A DNA stretch of 64,000 nucleotides from the NCBI GenBank assembly GCA_041546685.1, contig JBFEVX010000007.1, positions 1,759 through 65,758 of the forward strand. Direction: 5' to 3'. Source of the stretch: Bacteriovoracaceae bacterium. GTDB lineage: Bacteria > Bdellovibrionota > Bacteriovoracia > Bacteriovoracales > Bacteriovoracaceae. Each line of letters opens with the position of its first letter. The stretch's first letter is position 1. The notes below the pieces were generated by a model. It was not told the DNA's origin and did not search any database. It saw only the letters and a program-made list of their open reading frames with translations. The position numbers and the translations under genes were made by a program. Below, one piece after another: positions 36,235 to 45,061 of this stretch.

Positions 36235-37224
36235 ATGATCAACACCTGGCTTACTAAAACTTTTGATGTGAAATACCCAATCATCCTTGCTCCCATGTTT
36301 CTTGTTTCAAACAAAGAGATGATGATCGCTGCTGCTGATGCTGGCATTTTGGGATGCGTTCCCGCTCTAAACTGGAGAACGCCTGAAGAGTTTGATAAAG
36401 CGATGGGTGAAATGAAAGATCAATGTAAAGGACCTTTTGGTGTCAACTTGATTGCCAACAAATCTAATGTGCACCTGAATAGGCAACTTGAAATCTGTGA
36501 AGACAAACTTCCTGACTTTGTCATCACCTCGCTTGGAAGTCCAAAAGAAATTATTGAAAGACTGGGCAAGAAGGGCTGCAAAGTCATTTGTGATGTAGTC
36601 GATATTGAATATACAAAAAAAGTTGAAGATCAAGGTGCTGACGCCGTGATTGCCGTGAACAGTGGTGCGGGTGGACACGCAGGGAAGATTCCTGCAAGTA
36701 TACTTGTTCCAATGCTACAAGATGCAGCCAATATTCCTGTGATCTCAGCAGGTGGTGTTGGAACTGGTGCAGGCCTACTCTCCACTCTTTCACTTGGCGC
36801 AGAAGGCGTTTCAATTGGTTCACCATTCATTGCCTCCAAAGAAAGTGGAGTCAATGATGATTACAAGAAAGCCATCATCGATTATGGTGCCAAGGATATT
36901 GTACTAACATCCAAGATTTCCGGTACTCCATGCACTGTTATCAAAACTCCTTATCTTGAGAAGATCGGAACTGACCAAAATATAGTTGAGAAAGTTTTGA
37001 ACTCTAACAAGCAGATCAAAAAATATGCAAAAATGCTTACTTTCTATAAAGGTATGAAACTTCTTGAACAAGCTGCTTTCGGAGCCACCTATAAATCAGT
37101 TTGGTGTGCTGGACCTTCAATTGAATTCGTCGACAAAGAAGAAACTGTTAAAGAGATTGTAGATCGAATCGCAAAAGAATTTGATGAGGCACTAGCTGCA
37201 TTCAATGCCAAACTGACAAAATAA
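36235..37224 (+). CDS. Nitronate monooxygenase / FabK-like FMN oxidoreductase
   Basis: 329 aa. The P-M-x-x-V-S N-terminus, GVNLI, GAGGHAG and AGGVGTG motifs are characteristic of the NMO/2-nitropropane dioxygenase family. Confidence 0.75.
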   Translation: MINTWLTKTFDVKYPIILAPMFLVSNKEMMIAAADAGILGCVPALNWRTPEEFDKAMGEMKDQCKGPFGVNLIANKSNVHLNRQLEICEDKLPDFVITSLGSPKEIIERLGKKGCKVICDVVDIEYTKKVEDQGADAVIAVNSGAGGHAGKIPASILVPMLQDAANIPVISAGGVGTGAGLLSTLSLGAEGVSIGSPFIASKESGVNDDYKKAIIDYGAKDIVLTSKISGTPCTVIKTPYLEKIGTDQNIVEKVLNSNKQIKKYAKMLTFYKGMKLLEQAAFGATYKSVWCAGPSIEFVDKEETVKEIVDRIAKEFDEALAAFNAKLTK

Positions 37225-38480
37225 TGATTAAAGTCCCATTCGTTTTTAAATTTCCCAACTTCAGAAAAATCTACGCCGCTAGCTTTTTTTCCGAAATGGG
37301 GAGTTTCATAACAGAGACTGCACTTATGCTTTTCGTTTTCAACTTAAGTGGTGAAAACAAAGCTTACCTTGGAATCACAAGAGCATCGTTTCTTCTTTGT
37401 TTGACGTTGGGAAGCATCTTTGGTGGGCCCATCGGCCAACGCTTCAATCGAAAGCACGTCATGATTTTCAGTAATATCATGAGAATCCCGCTGATAATCG
37501 GATTGATTTTTTCAGATAATATCTACTTCGTCATTACCATCAATAGTTTGGTCGCTCTTTTCACAGGAATTTACAACCCTGCGAGACAAGCGATGATCAA
37601 TGATATTGTTCCCCATGAACATATCAATACTGCCAATTCAATCACCAGCTCAAGCATGGCCTTCCTTCATCTGGTTGGTCCCTTCGTCGGTTCGTGGGCC
37701 TATGCGTATTTCAGTGGTATCAAGCAAGTTTTGAGCTTCGATCTTTTCACCTATTTTCTGGGAGTCATGCTCCTTAGCGCGACATCATACAAAGCTCCCC
37801 AAAAATCTGAAGATGAGGAAGAGCATGGTTTCATGAAAGAAATTGCAGATGGTCTTGGCCTCGTGAAATCTCGACTTGACCTGATCTCACTCTACTTGAA
37901 CTGCATTCTCGGTGGTCTCTGCATTGGGATATTGGTTCCGCTACTTCTACCTTTTGTTACAGAAATTCTCGGTAAAGATGAAAGAACTTACGGAATTATT
38001 CTCTCAGCTTTTGGTCTAGGGGGATTTGCCGGAGGCGTTCTTTCAGCCAAGCTCTCCAACAAGTTTCCTCCAGGGAAGATGATCGTTACCAGTATTTGTA
38101 TTGAATCCATCATGATGAATATCTGGGTTCGATGTCATGACTACACCTGGAACTTGGTGGTAATTTTCATTTGGGGAATGGTGGTTTTCACTCGCCTACC
38201 GAGTCAGCTGAACTATATCAGCAGAACTGTCGAAACCAAATATCTTACAAGAACGCACAGTCTCCTCGATCTTTCATTCGTAATCCCGAATATTACAGGG
38301 GGAGTCATTGTGGCCCTGATAGGAAACCATTATTCAACTCTTACCATCCTCAAGGTTGTAGCAGCTTGCTTTTTGGTCTTCATCATCCCGAGAATGTTCT
38401 TCAAGGAAATGAAATCCCTTTACAACAGCACAGCAAAAACTGTTCAAAGAGATCAAAGTTCATTTGATACGCTGTCATAA
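37224..38480 (+). CDS. MFS transporter
   Basis: 418 aa with ~12 predicted hydrophobic segments. A TAATG overlap links it to the preceding gene. Confidence 0.7.
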   Translation: MIKVPFVFKFPNFRKIYAASFFSEMGSFITETALMLFVFNLSGENKAYLGITRASFLLCLTLGSIFGGPIGQRFNRKHVMIFSNIMRIPLIIGLIFSDNIYFVITINSLVALFTGIYNPARQAMINDIVPHEHINTANSITSSSMAFLHLVGPFVGSWAYAYFSGIKQVLSFDLFTYFLGVMLLSATSYKAPQKSEDEEEHGFMKEIADGLGLVKSRLDLISLYLNCILGGLCIGILVPLLLPFVTEILGKDERTYGIILSAFGLGGFAGGVLSAKLSNKFPPGKMIVTSICIESIMMNIWVRCHDYTWNLVVIFIWGMVVFTRLPSQLNYISRTVETKYLTRTHSLLDLSFVIPNITGGVIVALIGNHYSTLTILKVVAACFLVFIIPRMFFKEMKSLYNSTAKTVQRDQSSFDTLS

Positions 38481-38520
38481 AACTTGAATCCCAATCCGCT
38501 CTCCCTATAATGGTAGATAT

Positions 38521-39582
38521 ATGATGTTTTGGTTAAGAGAAGAAACAAAAGACAACGAAAGAAGAACGGCGCTTACTCCCGATAATGCGAAAAAACTTAT
38601 CGCTGAGACAGGTTGTTCTATTCATGTGGGCTCTTCCAAGGAGCGAATCTTCAGTGATGATGAATATCTCGCTGTAGGATGTAAAATTGTCGAGCCGGGT
38701 AGCTGGAAAAGTGCACCGGAGCAGGATTACATCCTAGGGTTGAAAGAACTGCCTGAGGAAACGGCACCTTTAGTCCATAATCACATATTTTTCGCCCACA
38801 TTTTCAAAGGTCAGGAAGGTTCAAAAGAAATTTTTCAAAGATTCAAAGAAGGCGGTGGTCGCCTGTTCGATCTAGAATTTCTAATGGATGAAAATAGACG
38901 AAGGGTTGCCGCTTTTGGGAAATGGGCCGGATTTGTAGGCGCTGCTGTCGCTGTAGATAGATATTATCAGCGACTAAGTGGAGTTGACCAGGCCAATCCA
39001 CTTACACATTTTGAAAACAAAGATCTCTTAATAAACCAGATCAAAGAAAAACAGGCAAAACATACATCTCGCCCCAAATCGATCATCATTGGAGCCAAAG
39101 GAAGATGTGGCTCTGGTGCGAGAGAGGCCCTGTCTATGTTGGGACTTGAGTCAACCGATTGGGACTTTGAAGAAACCAAGAGAGGTGGTCCCTTTAAAGA
39201 AATCATGGAGCACGAAATTTTCATCAATACAGTTCTCATGATGACGAAGATTCCTCCTTTTCTGGATAAATCGACTCTCGATATTGGAGGTAAACTTGAA
39301 ATCATCTCAGACGTCAGTTGTGACCCCAATAGTGAACTCAATCCAATCCCTCTTTATGATAGATTAGGATCGTGGGAAAACCCATTCATCAAAGCTGAGA
39401 ATAGTGAAGTAGAGATACTGGCGGTTGATAATCTTCCTTCAGTTTTGCCAAGAGAAAGCTCTGAAGACTTCTCTTCTCAACTTCTTCCTCATTTAATCAT
39501 GTTAGCTAGGTCTGGATATGACGCCCTTCCGGTCTGGAAAGGCGCCTTAGAAATTTTTAAAGAAAATTCGAAAAAATACTAA
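38521..39582 (+). CDS. Saccharopine dehydrogenase (NAD+, L-lysine-forming), fungal LYS1 type
   Basis: LREETKDNERRTALTP, SWKSAP...ILGLKELPE, FAHIFKGQ, LFDLEFL...RRVAAFG, IIGAKGRCGSGA, RGGPF and VDNLPSVLPRESSE are collinear with my memory of S. cerevisiae Lys1. Confidence 0.75.
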   Translation: MMFWLREETKDNERRTALTPDNAKKLIAETGCSIHVGSSKERIFSDDEYLAVGCKIVEPGSWKSAPEQDYILGLKELPEETAPLVHNHIFFAHIFKGQEGSKEIFQRFKEGGGRLFDLEFLMDENRRRVAAFGKWAGFVGAAVAVDRYYQRLSGVDQANPLTHFENKDLLINQIKEKQAKHTSRPKSIIIGAKGRCGSGAREALSMLGLESTDWDFEETKRGGPFKEIMEHEIFINTVLMMTKIPPFLDKSTLDIGGKLEIISDVSCDPNSELNPIPLYDRLGSWENPFIKAENSEVEILAVDNLPSVLPRESSEDFSSQLLPHLIMLARSGYDALPVWKGALEIFKENSKKY

Positions 39583-41612
39583 ACCAATCCCGCTCTTTCT
39601 AGAAGAGCTTCAGGTGAAGGTTCTTTCCCTCTAAATTTTTTATAAAGAACCATCGGGTCATCCGAATCCCCTCTAGAGAGAACATTCTCTTTGAATCTTG
39701 TCGCGACGGCCTGATCAAAAATTCCTTCTTCTTTGAAAGCTGCAAATGCATCTGCATCAAGCACTTCGGCCCATTTGTAGCTGTAATATCCAGCTGAGTA
39801 ACCACCACTGAAGATATGCCCAAAGGCGCAAGTTGAACCAGTTCCTTCTACTCGTGGAAGAACTTCTGTTTCTGCTGTTGCCTCTCTTTCAAAATCAGAA
39901 ATATTATTCACGTTTCTCGGATCACCTGAGTGCCATGCCATATCAAGAAGAGCAAAACTCAATTGTCTCAAAGTTGCTCTCCCTTCCTGAAAGGTTCTTG
40001 TTTTAAGTAGCCTTTCAACCAATTCAGTTGGAATTTTTTCCCCAGTTTCATGATGAACAGCAAATGTATCAAGACATTCTTTTTCATAGGCCCAGTTTTC
40101 AAAAATCTGACTTGGAAGTTCTACAAAGTCCCAAGAAACATTTGCACCAGAGAGAGACTCATACTTACATTCAGACAGTAGTCCATGAAGAGCATGGCCA
40201 AACTCATGGAACAATGTTGTCAATTCATTGAAAGTCAAAAGACTCGGACGTGTCTCTGTTGGCTTTGTGAAATTACAAACTATCGCAACATGCGGTCTGA
40301 TATCTTTTTCTTTCGTTCTGTACTGACCTCTAAAATTGGTCATCCAAGCCCCATTTTGTTTACTTGGACGTGAGAAAAGATCTGTATAAAAAACACCAAC
40401 ATGTTTTCCATCGTTTGTCTTAACTTCAAATGTTTTCACATCATCATGGTATACAGGGATGTCTTTTCTTTCCTTGAATTTGATCCCGTAGAGCTTGCTG
40501 GCAACTGTGAAAACACCATCAACACACTTATCGACACTGAAGAAAGGCTTCAATAGTTCATCATCAAGATCATACTTGGCCTTCTTAAGCTTCTCTGACC
40601 AAAAAGTATAATCCCATGGCATGATATCTTCAGGACCACCATTCTCTTTAGAAAAGTCTGTGACTTCTTTCACATCTCTTACTCCAGCTTCTTTCGAGTG
40701 ATTTAAAAGGTCTTTCAAAAAATCAAATACCTGTGCTGGGTTTTTCGCCATTCTTTCTTCTAGTACAAAATCAGCATGTGAATCATAGCCAAGCAGTCTT
40801 GCTCTCTCGAATCTCAATGAAGCTATTTCTTTGACGATAGCTTCATTATTTTGTTCATTTTGCTTCATGCCTCTACTTGTGTAAGCACGATACATTTCCT
40901 CTCTTCTTTTTCTGTTCTCAGAATAAGTCATGAAAGGAATATAGCTTGGAAAATGCAAAGTGAAGATCCACTTACCTTCCATTTCTTTTTCTTTCGCAAG
41001 TTCTGCTGCAGCTTCTCTTACATCTTCAGGAAGTCCTGCCAATTCTGCTTCATCTTCAATCACAAGTTGAAAGTTATTTGTTTCTTTCAAAACATTTTCG
41101 CTGAACTTGACTGTCAGTTTCGATAACTTGTTATCAATCTCTCTCAGTTGATCTTTTTGTGCTTCATTGAGAAGAGCTCCATTTCTGACAAACTCCTTGT
41201 ACTTCTTCTCAAGCAACCTCATCTCTTCACTATCGAGATTGAGATTGTTCTTTTCATCATGAATCTTTCTCACCTTGGCGAATAATTCACTATCAAGAAG
41301 AATGTCATTGGAAAGTTCCGCCAACATTGGAGAAAGTTCACTGGCAATCTTCGCCATCTCATCATTTGTATGAGCGTAATGAAGGTTGAAAAACGTTGAA
41401 GAAACCAGATCAAGAACCTTGCCACAGTTTTCACTGGCTTCAATAACATTGTAGAAAGTTTCTCTTTCAGTTGATGATTTGATTTTTTCCAAATCAGATT
41501 TGACCTCAGCAATCGCGCCTTTAACAGCAGGTAGGAAGTCATCAACTTTAACTTGATGGAATGGTACTGTTTCAAATGGTGTTTCGAATTTCGTAAAAAA
41601 TATATTGTTCAT
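39579..41612 (-). CDS. dcp: M3-family peptidyl-dipeptidase / oligopeptidase
   Basis: 677 aa. HEFGH zinc motif with downstream E (LFHEFGHALHGLL...VELPSQ). Overall length is typical of Dcp/OpdA. Confidence 0.85.
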   Translation of the reverse strand: MNNIFFTKFETPFETVPFHQVKVDDFLPAVKGAIAEVKSDLEKIKSSTERETFYNVIEASENCGKVLDLVSSTFFNLHYAHTNDEMAKIASELSPMLAELSNDILLDSELFAKVRKIHDEKNNLNLDSEEMRLLEKKYKEFVRNGALLNEAQKDQLREIDNKLSKLTVKFSENVLKETNNFQLVIEDEAELAGLPEDVREAAAELAKEKEMEGKWIFTLHFPSYIPFMTYSENRKRREEMYRAYTSRGMKQNEQNNEAIVKEIASLRFERARLLGYDSHADFVLEERMAKNPAQVFDFLKDLLNHSKEAGVRDVKEVTDFSKENGGPEDIMPWDYTFWSEKLKKAKYDLDDELLKPFFSVDKCVDGVFTVASKLYGIKFKERKDIPVYHDDVKTFEVKTNDGKHVGVFYTDLFSRPSKQNGAWMTNFRGQYRTKEKDIRPHVAIVCNFTKPTETRPSLLTFNELTTLFHEFGHALHGLLSECKYESLSGANVSWDFVELPSQIFENWAYEKECLDTFAVHHETGEKIPTELVERLLKTRTFQEGRATLRQLSFALLDMAWHSGDPRNVNNISDFEREATAETEVLPRVEGTGSTCAFGHIFSGGYSAGYYSYKWAEVLDADAFAAFKEEGIFDQAVATRFKENVLSRGDSDDPMVLYKKFRGKEPSPEALLERAGLV

Positions 41613-42862
41613 TCAGAACTCTCCTTAAGTGCAACAATTTGATTCCCCTTTTTAAATAGAGGAACAATGAATCCCAGCCATAATAACAGGGAGATGAATA
41701 AGAGAGTATTAACAAATTTCGGTGATTGAAAAAAGATCAAAATGATCGAGATTAGGCCTTTTCCAAAACGGTAGACAAACATATCCACCACATATTTGGC
41801 CCCATATTTTTGCCTTGCTTCCAAAGGGAAGTACAAGAGCTCTTTAGCTGTTGAAAATATTGAATAATCCAAACCTTTGAACAGAACAAATGTGGCCGCC
41901 ACTGCGATCAGGGAAGACCCAGAGATCACAAATCCGACCAGCGCGATCAGTAAATAAAAGCTCGGGATAAACATGTGAACTGTGCGCTTTTTCACCAGCT
42001 GAAATATAAAAGGGATGACCAACAATTGCACGGCGAGACTTACCGCGTTAATGCTCGAATAAATCAAATTCAGATTTTTAGTTTTCTCCCTCTTAGTTTC
42101 AACAAGGACATCAAATAGTAGGTTGAACTTGAAATTGGCCAAGTTGATGACAAACTGTGAAAGCATAACCACGAGCGCCATTAATATAACGTATTCCTTC
42201 ACTTCTAAGATTGCATGAAGAGGTTTTTCATTGCCTCGTTTGTCTTTATTTTTAGAAAGGCAAAATTCTGACGAAGATAAACCAAAAAAGATCATACTCA
42301 CTATAAGAACCAATGCTCCAGTCATGAGAATCTGATCAGTGTTTATGGTTTGTGTGAGCCGAGAGCCAAGAATCCCTCCTAGCATCCCACCGAAACTACC
42401 TATCGCTCCAAGGGGTCCATAGAAAATTTTCGCCTGTTCTTCTCTAACAGTATTGTTGAGATAACCAATACTCATATGAACTAGAAGAACAATATAGATC
42501 TCCTTCCAAATATAGAGCGGGTATATCAAAAATTTAGAAACCTGGGACATCCAAGGTCCTGCGAGAAAAAAAAGAACCGAAAGTGAACAAGTCCAGTAAT
42601 ATAATTTGTGAGCTGTCAGACGAACTTGAAAATAATTATAGATGGTGATGCACAAACTCAATCCGACAATGGAGTACAACCATACGACAGGAGTGTTCTT
42701 CGCCCCGAAAGCATCAAGAAACATACTTGTGGTAGTCGATCTGATCAGTGGGTAAGTAAAAAGAACAGTGAACATCACCATGCATATTGAGATGACTGTC
42801 TTTTTTGCTTCCGGGTCCAGATTCGCTTGAGTTTTAAAGTCTGCTATAAATTTTTTCAACAT
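41609..42862 (-). CDS. Polytopic transporter, Npt1/Npt2 (TLC ATP:ADP antiporter)-like or MFS
   Basis: 417 aa with ~11-12 TM segments. The N-terminal FTVLFTYPLIRSTTTSMFLDAFGAKNTPVVWLY resembles the TLC-family pattern F-x-ilf-x-Y-x-ilR-x-x-Kd...ga-e-x-ip-x-lk. An ATGA overlap links it to dcp. Confidence 0.4.
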   Translation of the reverse strand: MLKKFIADFKTQANLDPEAKKTVISICMVMFTVLFTYPLIRSTTTSMFLDAFGAKNTPVVWLYSIVGLSLCITIYNYFQVRLTAHKLYYWTCSLSVLFFLAGPWMSQVSKFLIYPLYIWKEIYIVLLVHMSIGYLNNTVREEQAKIFYGPLGAIGSFGGMLGGILGSRLTQTINTDQILMTGALVLIVSMIFFGLSSSEFCLSKNKDKRGNEKPLHAILEVKEYVILMALVVMLSQFVINLANFKFNLLFDVLVETKREKTKNLNLIYSSINAVSLAVQLLVIPFIFQLVKKRTVHMFIPSFYLLIALVGFVISGSSLIAVAATFVLFKGLDYSIFSTAKELLYFPLEARQKYGAKYVVDMFVYRFGKGLISIILIFFQSPKFVNTLLFISLLLWLGFIVPLFKKGNQIVALKESSE

Positions 42863-42942
42863 GAGTCTTCCTTTCCCTTGTGCAAACTCTTGATTATTTA
42901 AGAGTATAATGAAATCACTACATCTTAATCAAAGGACAAATT

Positions 42943-43701
42943 CTGACAGTAGTAAATCCAGAACTCATTGTTGTCATTCCGGCTTACAATGAAGAAGGAT
43001 GTCTCGAAAAAGTCATCGCCGAATGGATCAACGGACTTAGAGGTCTAGGACCTTCGTTTTTAGTTCTTGTAGTCAATGATGGCTCCTCTGACAACACTCC
43101 TGAGATTTTAAGAAATCTTTCGGACACTTATCCAGAACTCAAGTACCAAACACAGGTAAACCAAGGGCACGGAGCTGCTCTTAGAAATGGTTACGACTGG
43201 GCCATGGAATCAAGGCCCAAGTGGATCTTTCATGTGGATAGTGATGATCAATTCAAATATGAAGATTTCCCAAAACTATGGGAGTCAAGAAATCTAGCTC
43301 CAGCTATTTATGGAATTAGAAGCAATCGAAATGATCCCTACCATAGGATAATCATTTCCAGAATTCTTCGTATCATCATCTTCTTGAGTTTTGGAGTTTG
43401 GATTCCTGATGCAAATGTACCCTATCGACTATTATCGAGGGGTTTTTTGGAGTCAGCTCTTAAAAATATTCCAAAAGATTTTTTTGCCCCCAATATCTTT
43501 ATCAGTCTCTTTGCCTTCTCTTTTGAGAGAAAAATCCCGGTATTTCCCGTATCTCACATTGAACGTCAAACTGGACAAATTAGTTTACCAAGCTCAAGAC
43601 TGATCAAGGCCTGTCTTAAATCTCTCTGGGAACTAATCAAATTTAGAATGCAATTCAGAAAGTTTCTAAAGACTATTGATTGGAGGAGTGAGCTTGTCTG
43701 A
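42943..43701 (+). CDS. Family 2 glycosyltransferase (Dpm1/GtrB-like, soluble), non-canonical start codon
   Basis: The frame is open from 42913. It encodes ELIVVIPAYNEEG, VVNDGSSDNT and HVDSDDQ, the GT2 DxD region. There is no in-frame ATG/GTG/TTG before 43204. CTG 42943 and ATT 42940 follow AAAGGA at 42931-42936. Confidence 0.7.
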   Translation: MTVVNPELIVVIPAYNEEGCLEKVIAEWINGLRGLGPSFLVLVVNDGSSDNTPEILRNLSDTYPELKYQTQVNQGHGAALRNGYDWAMESRPKWIFHVDSDDQFKYEDFPKLWESRNLAPAIYGIRSNRNDPYHRIIISRILRIIIFLSFGVWIPDANVPYRLLSRGFLESALKNIPKDFFAPNIFISLFAFSFERKIPVFPVSHIERQTGQISLPSSRLIKACLKSLWELIKFRMQFRKFLKTIDWRSELV

Positions 43702-45061
43702 TCGATTGAATTCCAAATATCTCATCATCGGAGCTGGACCTTGCGGTCTTGGAGCTGCTTGGCATTTCAGCAAGCAGAATGAAGCTGATTGGATGATCTT
43801 TGAAAAAGAAAATCACGCAGGAGGGCTTGCGACCAGTTTTGTCGATGACAAGGGATTTACTTGGGATATTGGTGGCCACGTTCAATTTAGTCACTATGAT
43901 TATTTTGATCAGGTCATGGACGATGCTCTCGGGAAAGAAGGATGGCTCCATCACATGAGGTCATCATGGGTTTGGATTAAAGATAGATTTGTTCCGTATC
44001 CGTTTCAAAACAATATTCACAGACTACCTGAAGTTGAAAGAAATGAATGTCTTGAAGGACTTGAAAACCTTCCCAAGCAAGTTGAATTAAATAACTTCAA
44101 AGACTGGTTAACAGCTTCCTTTGGAACCGGAATATGCAAGCACTTCCTCTACCCTTATAACTTCAAAGTTTGGGCCTACGATCCTTCAATTATGAATTAC
44201 AAGTGGATAGGTGAAAGAGTCAGTGTAGTAGATATAGATCGCATTAAAGAAAATATCAAACTAGATCGCGATGATGTTTCGTGGGGTCCCAACAATACTT
44301 TCAAATTTCCAAAGAATGGTGGTACTGGAGCCATATGGAATTCGGTTGCTTCTAAAATGGATCAAAGTCGAATTCAATATAATGAAGAACTACTCAATGT
44401 CGATGTGGATAGCAAACTTGCGTATTTCAAGAGTGGAAAAGTCGTCAAATATGAGAAGTTAATTTCCACAATGCCATTGGATCAACTCTGTAAAAAGATT
44501 TCCAATGATGAGTACAAAAATCTTGCAAAAGTTTCAGCCGGTCTCAAATATTCATCTACCCATGTGATAGGACTCGGCTTGAAGGGACAAGCTCCTGAAA
44601 GTCTTTCAGACAAATGCTGGATGTACTTTCCTGAAAGCGATTCCCCTTTTTATAGAGTGACAGTATTTTCAAACTACTCACCAAATAATGTTCCTGACTC
44701 AAAAAAATATTTTTCTTTGATGGCGGAAGTTAGTGAATCTTCAGAAAAACCTGTCGATTCGTCGAAAATCATTGAAGAAACTGTTAAAGGTGCAATTAGT
44801 TCTAAATTGATGGAAGCGAATACTGAAATAACATCCGCCTGGCATTTAAGGATGGAGTATGGATACCCAACCCCATCTCTTGAAAGAGACTCCATATTGA
44901 ATCAGGTTATCCCAAAATTGGATGCTGTAGATGTCTATTCAAGAGGTCGCTTCGGCGGATGGAAATATGAAGTCAGTAATCAGGACCATACTTTCATGCA
45001 AGGAGTGGAATGGGCTGAATATATGCTGACGGGAAAGGATGAGGATACGTACCAGCTATGA
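43694..45061 (+). CDS. glf: UDP-galactopyranose mutase, eukaryote-type
   Basis: IIGAGPCGLGAA, YPFQNN, IGERV, WGPNNTFKFPKNGGTG, YSSTHVIGLG, DKCWMYFPE, PFYRVTVFSNYSP, EVSESS, GYPTPSLER and SRGRFGGWKYEVSNQDHTFMQGVE are collinear with my memory of Aspergillus fumigatus UGM. TTG 43694 follows GGAGGAG; the track start is TTG 43676. Confidence 0.8.
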   Translation: MSDRLNSKYLIIGAGPCGLGAAWHFSKQNEADWMIFEKENHAGGLATSFVDDKGFTWDIGGHVQFSHYDYFDQVMDDALGKEGWLHHMRSSWVWIKDRFVPYPFQNNIHRLPEVERNECLEGLENLPKQVELNNFKDWLTASFGTGICKHFLYPYNFKVWAYDPSIMNYKWIGERVSVVDIDRIKENIKLDRDDVSWGPNNTFKFPKNGGTGAIWNSVASKMDQSRIQYNEELLNVDVDSKLAYFKSGKVVKYEKLISTMPLDQLCKKISNDEYKNLAKVSAGLKYSSTHVIGLGLKGQAPESLSDKCWMYFPESDSPFYRVTVFSNYSPNNVPDSKKYFSLMAEVSESSEKPVDSSKIIEETVKGAISSKLMEANTEITSAWHLRMEYGYPTPSLERDSILNQVIPKLDAVDVYSRGRFGGWKYEVSNQDHTFMQGVEWAEYMLTGKDEDTYQL

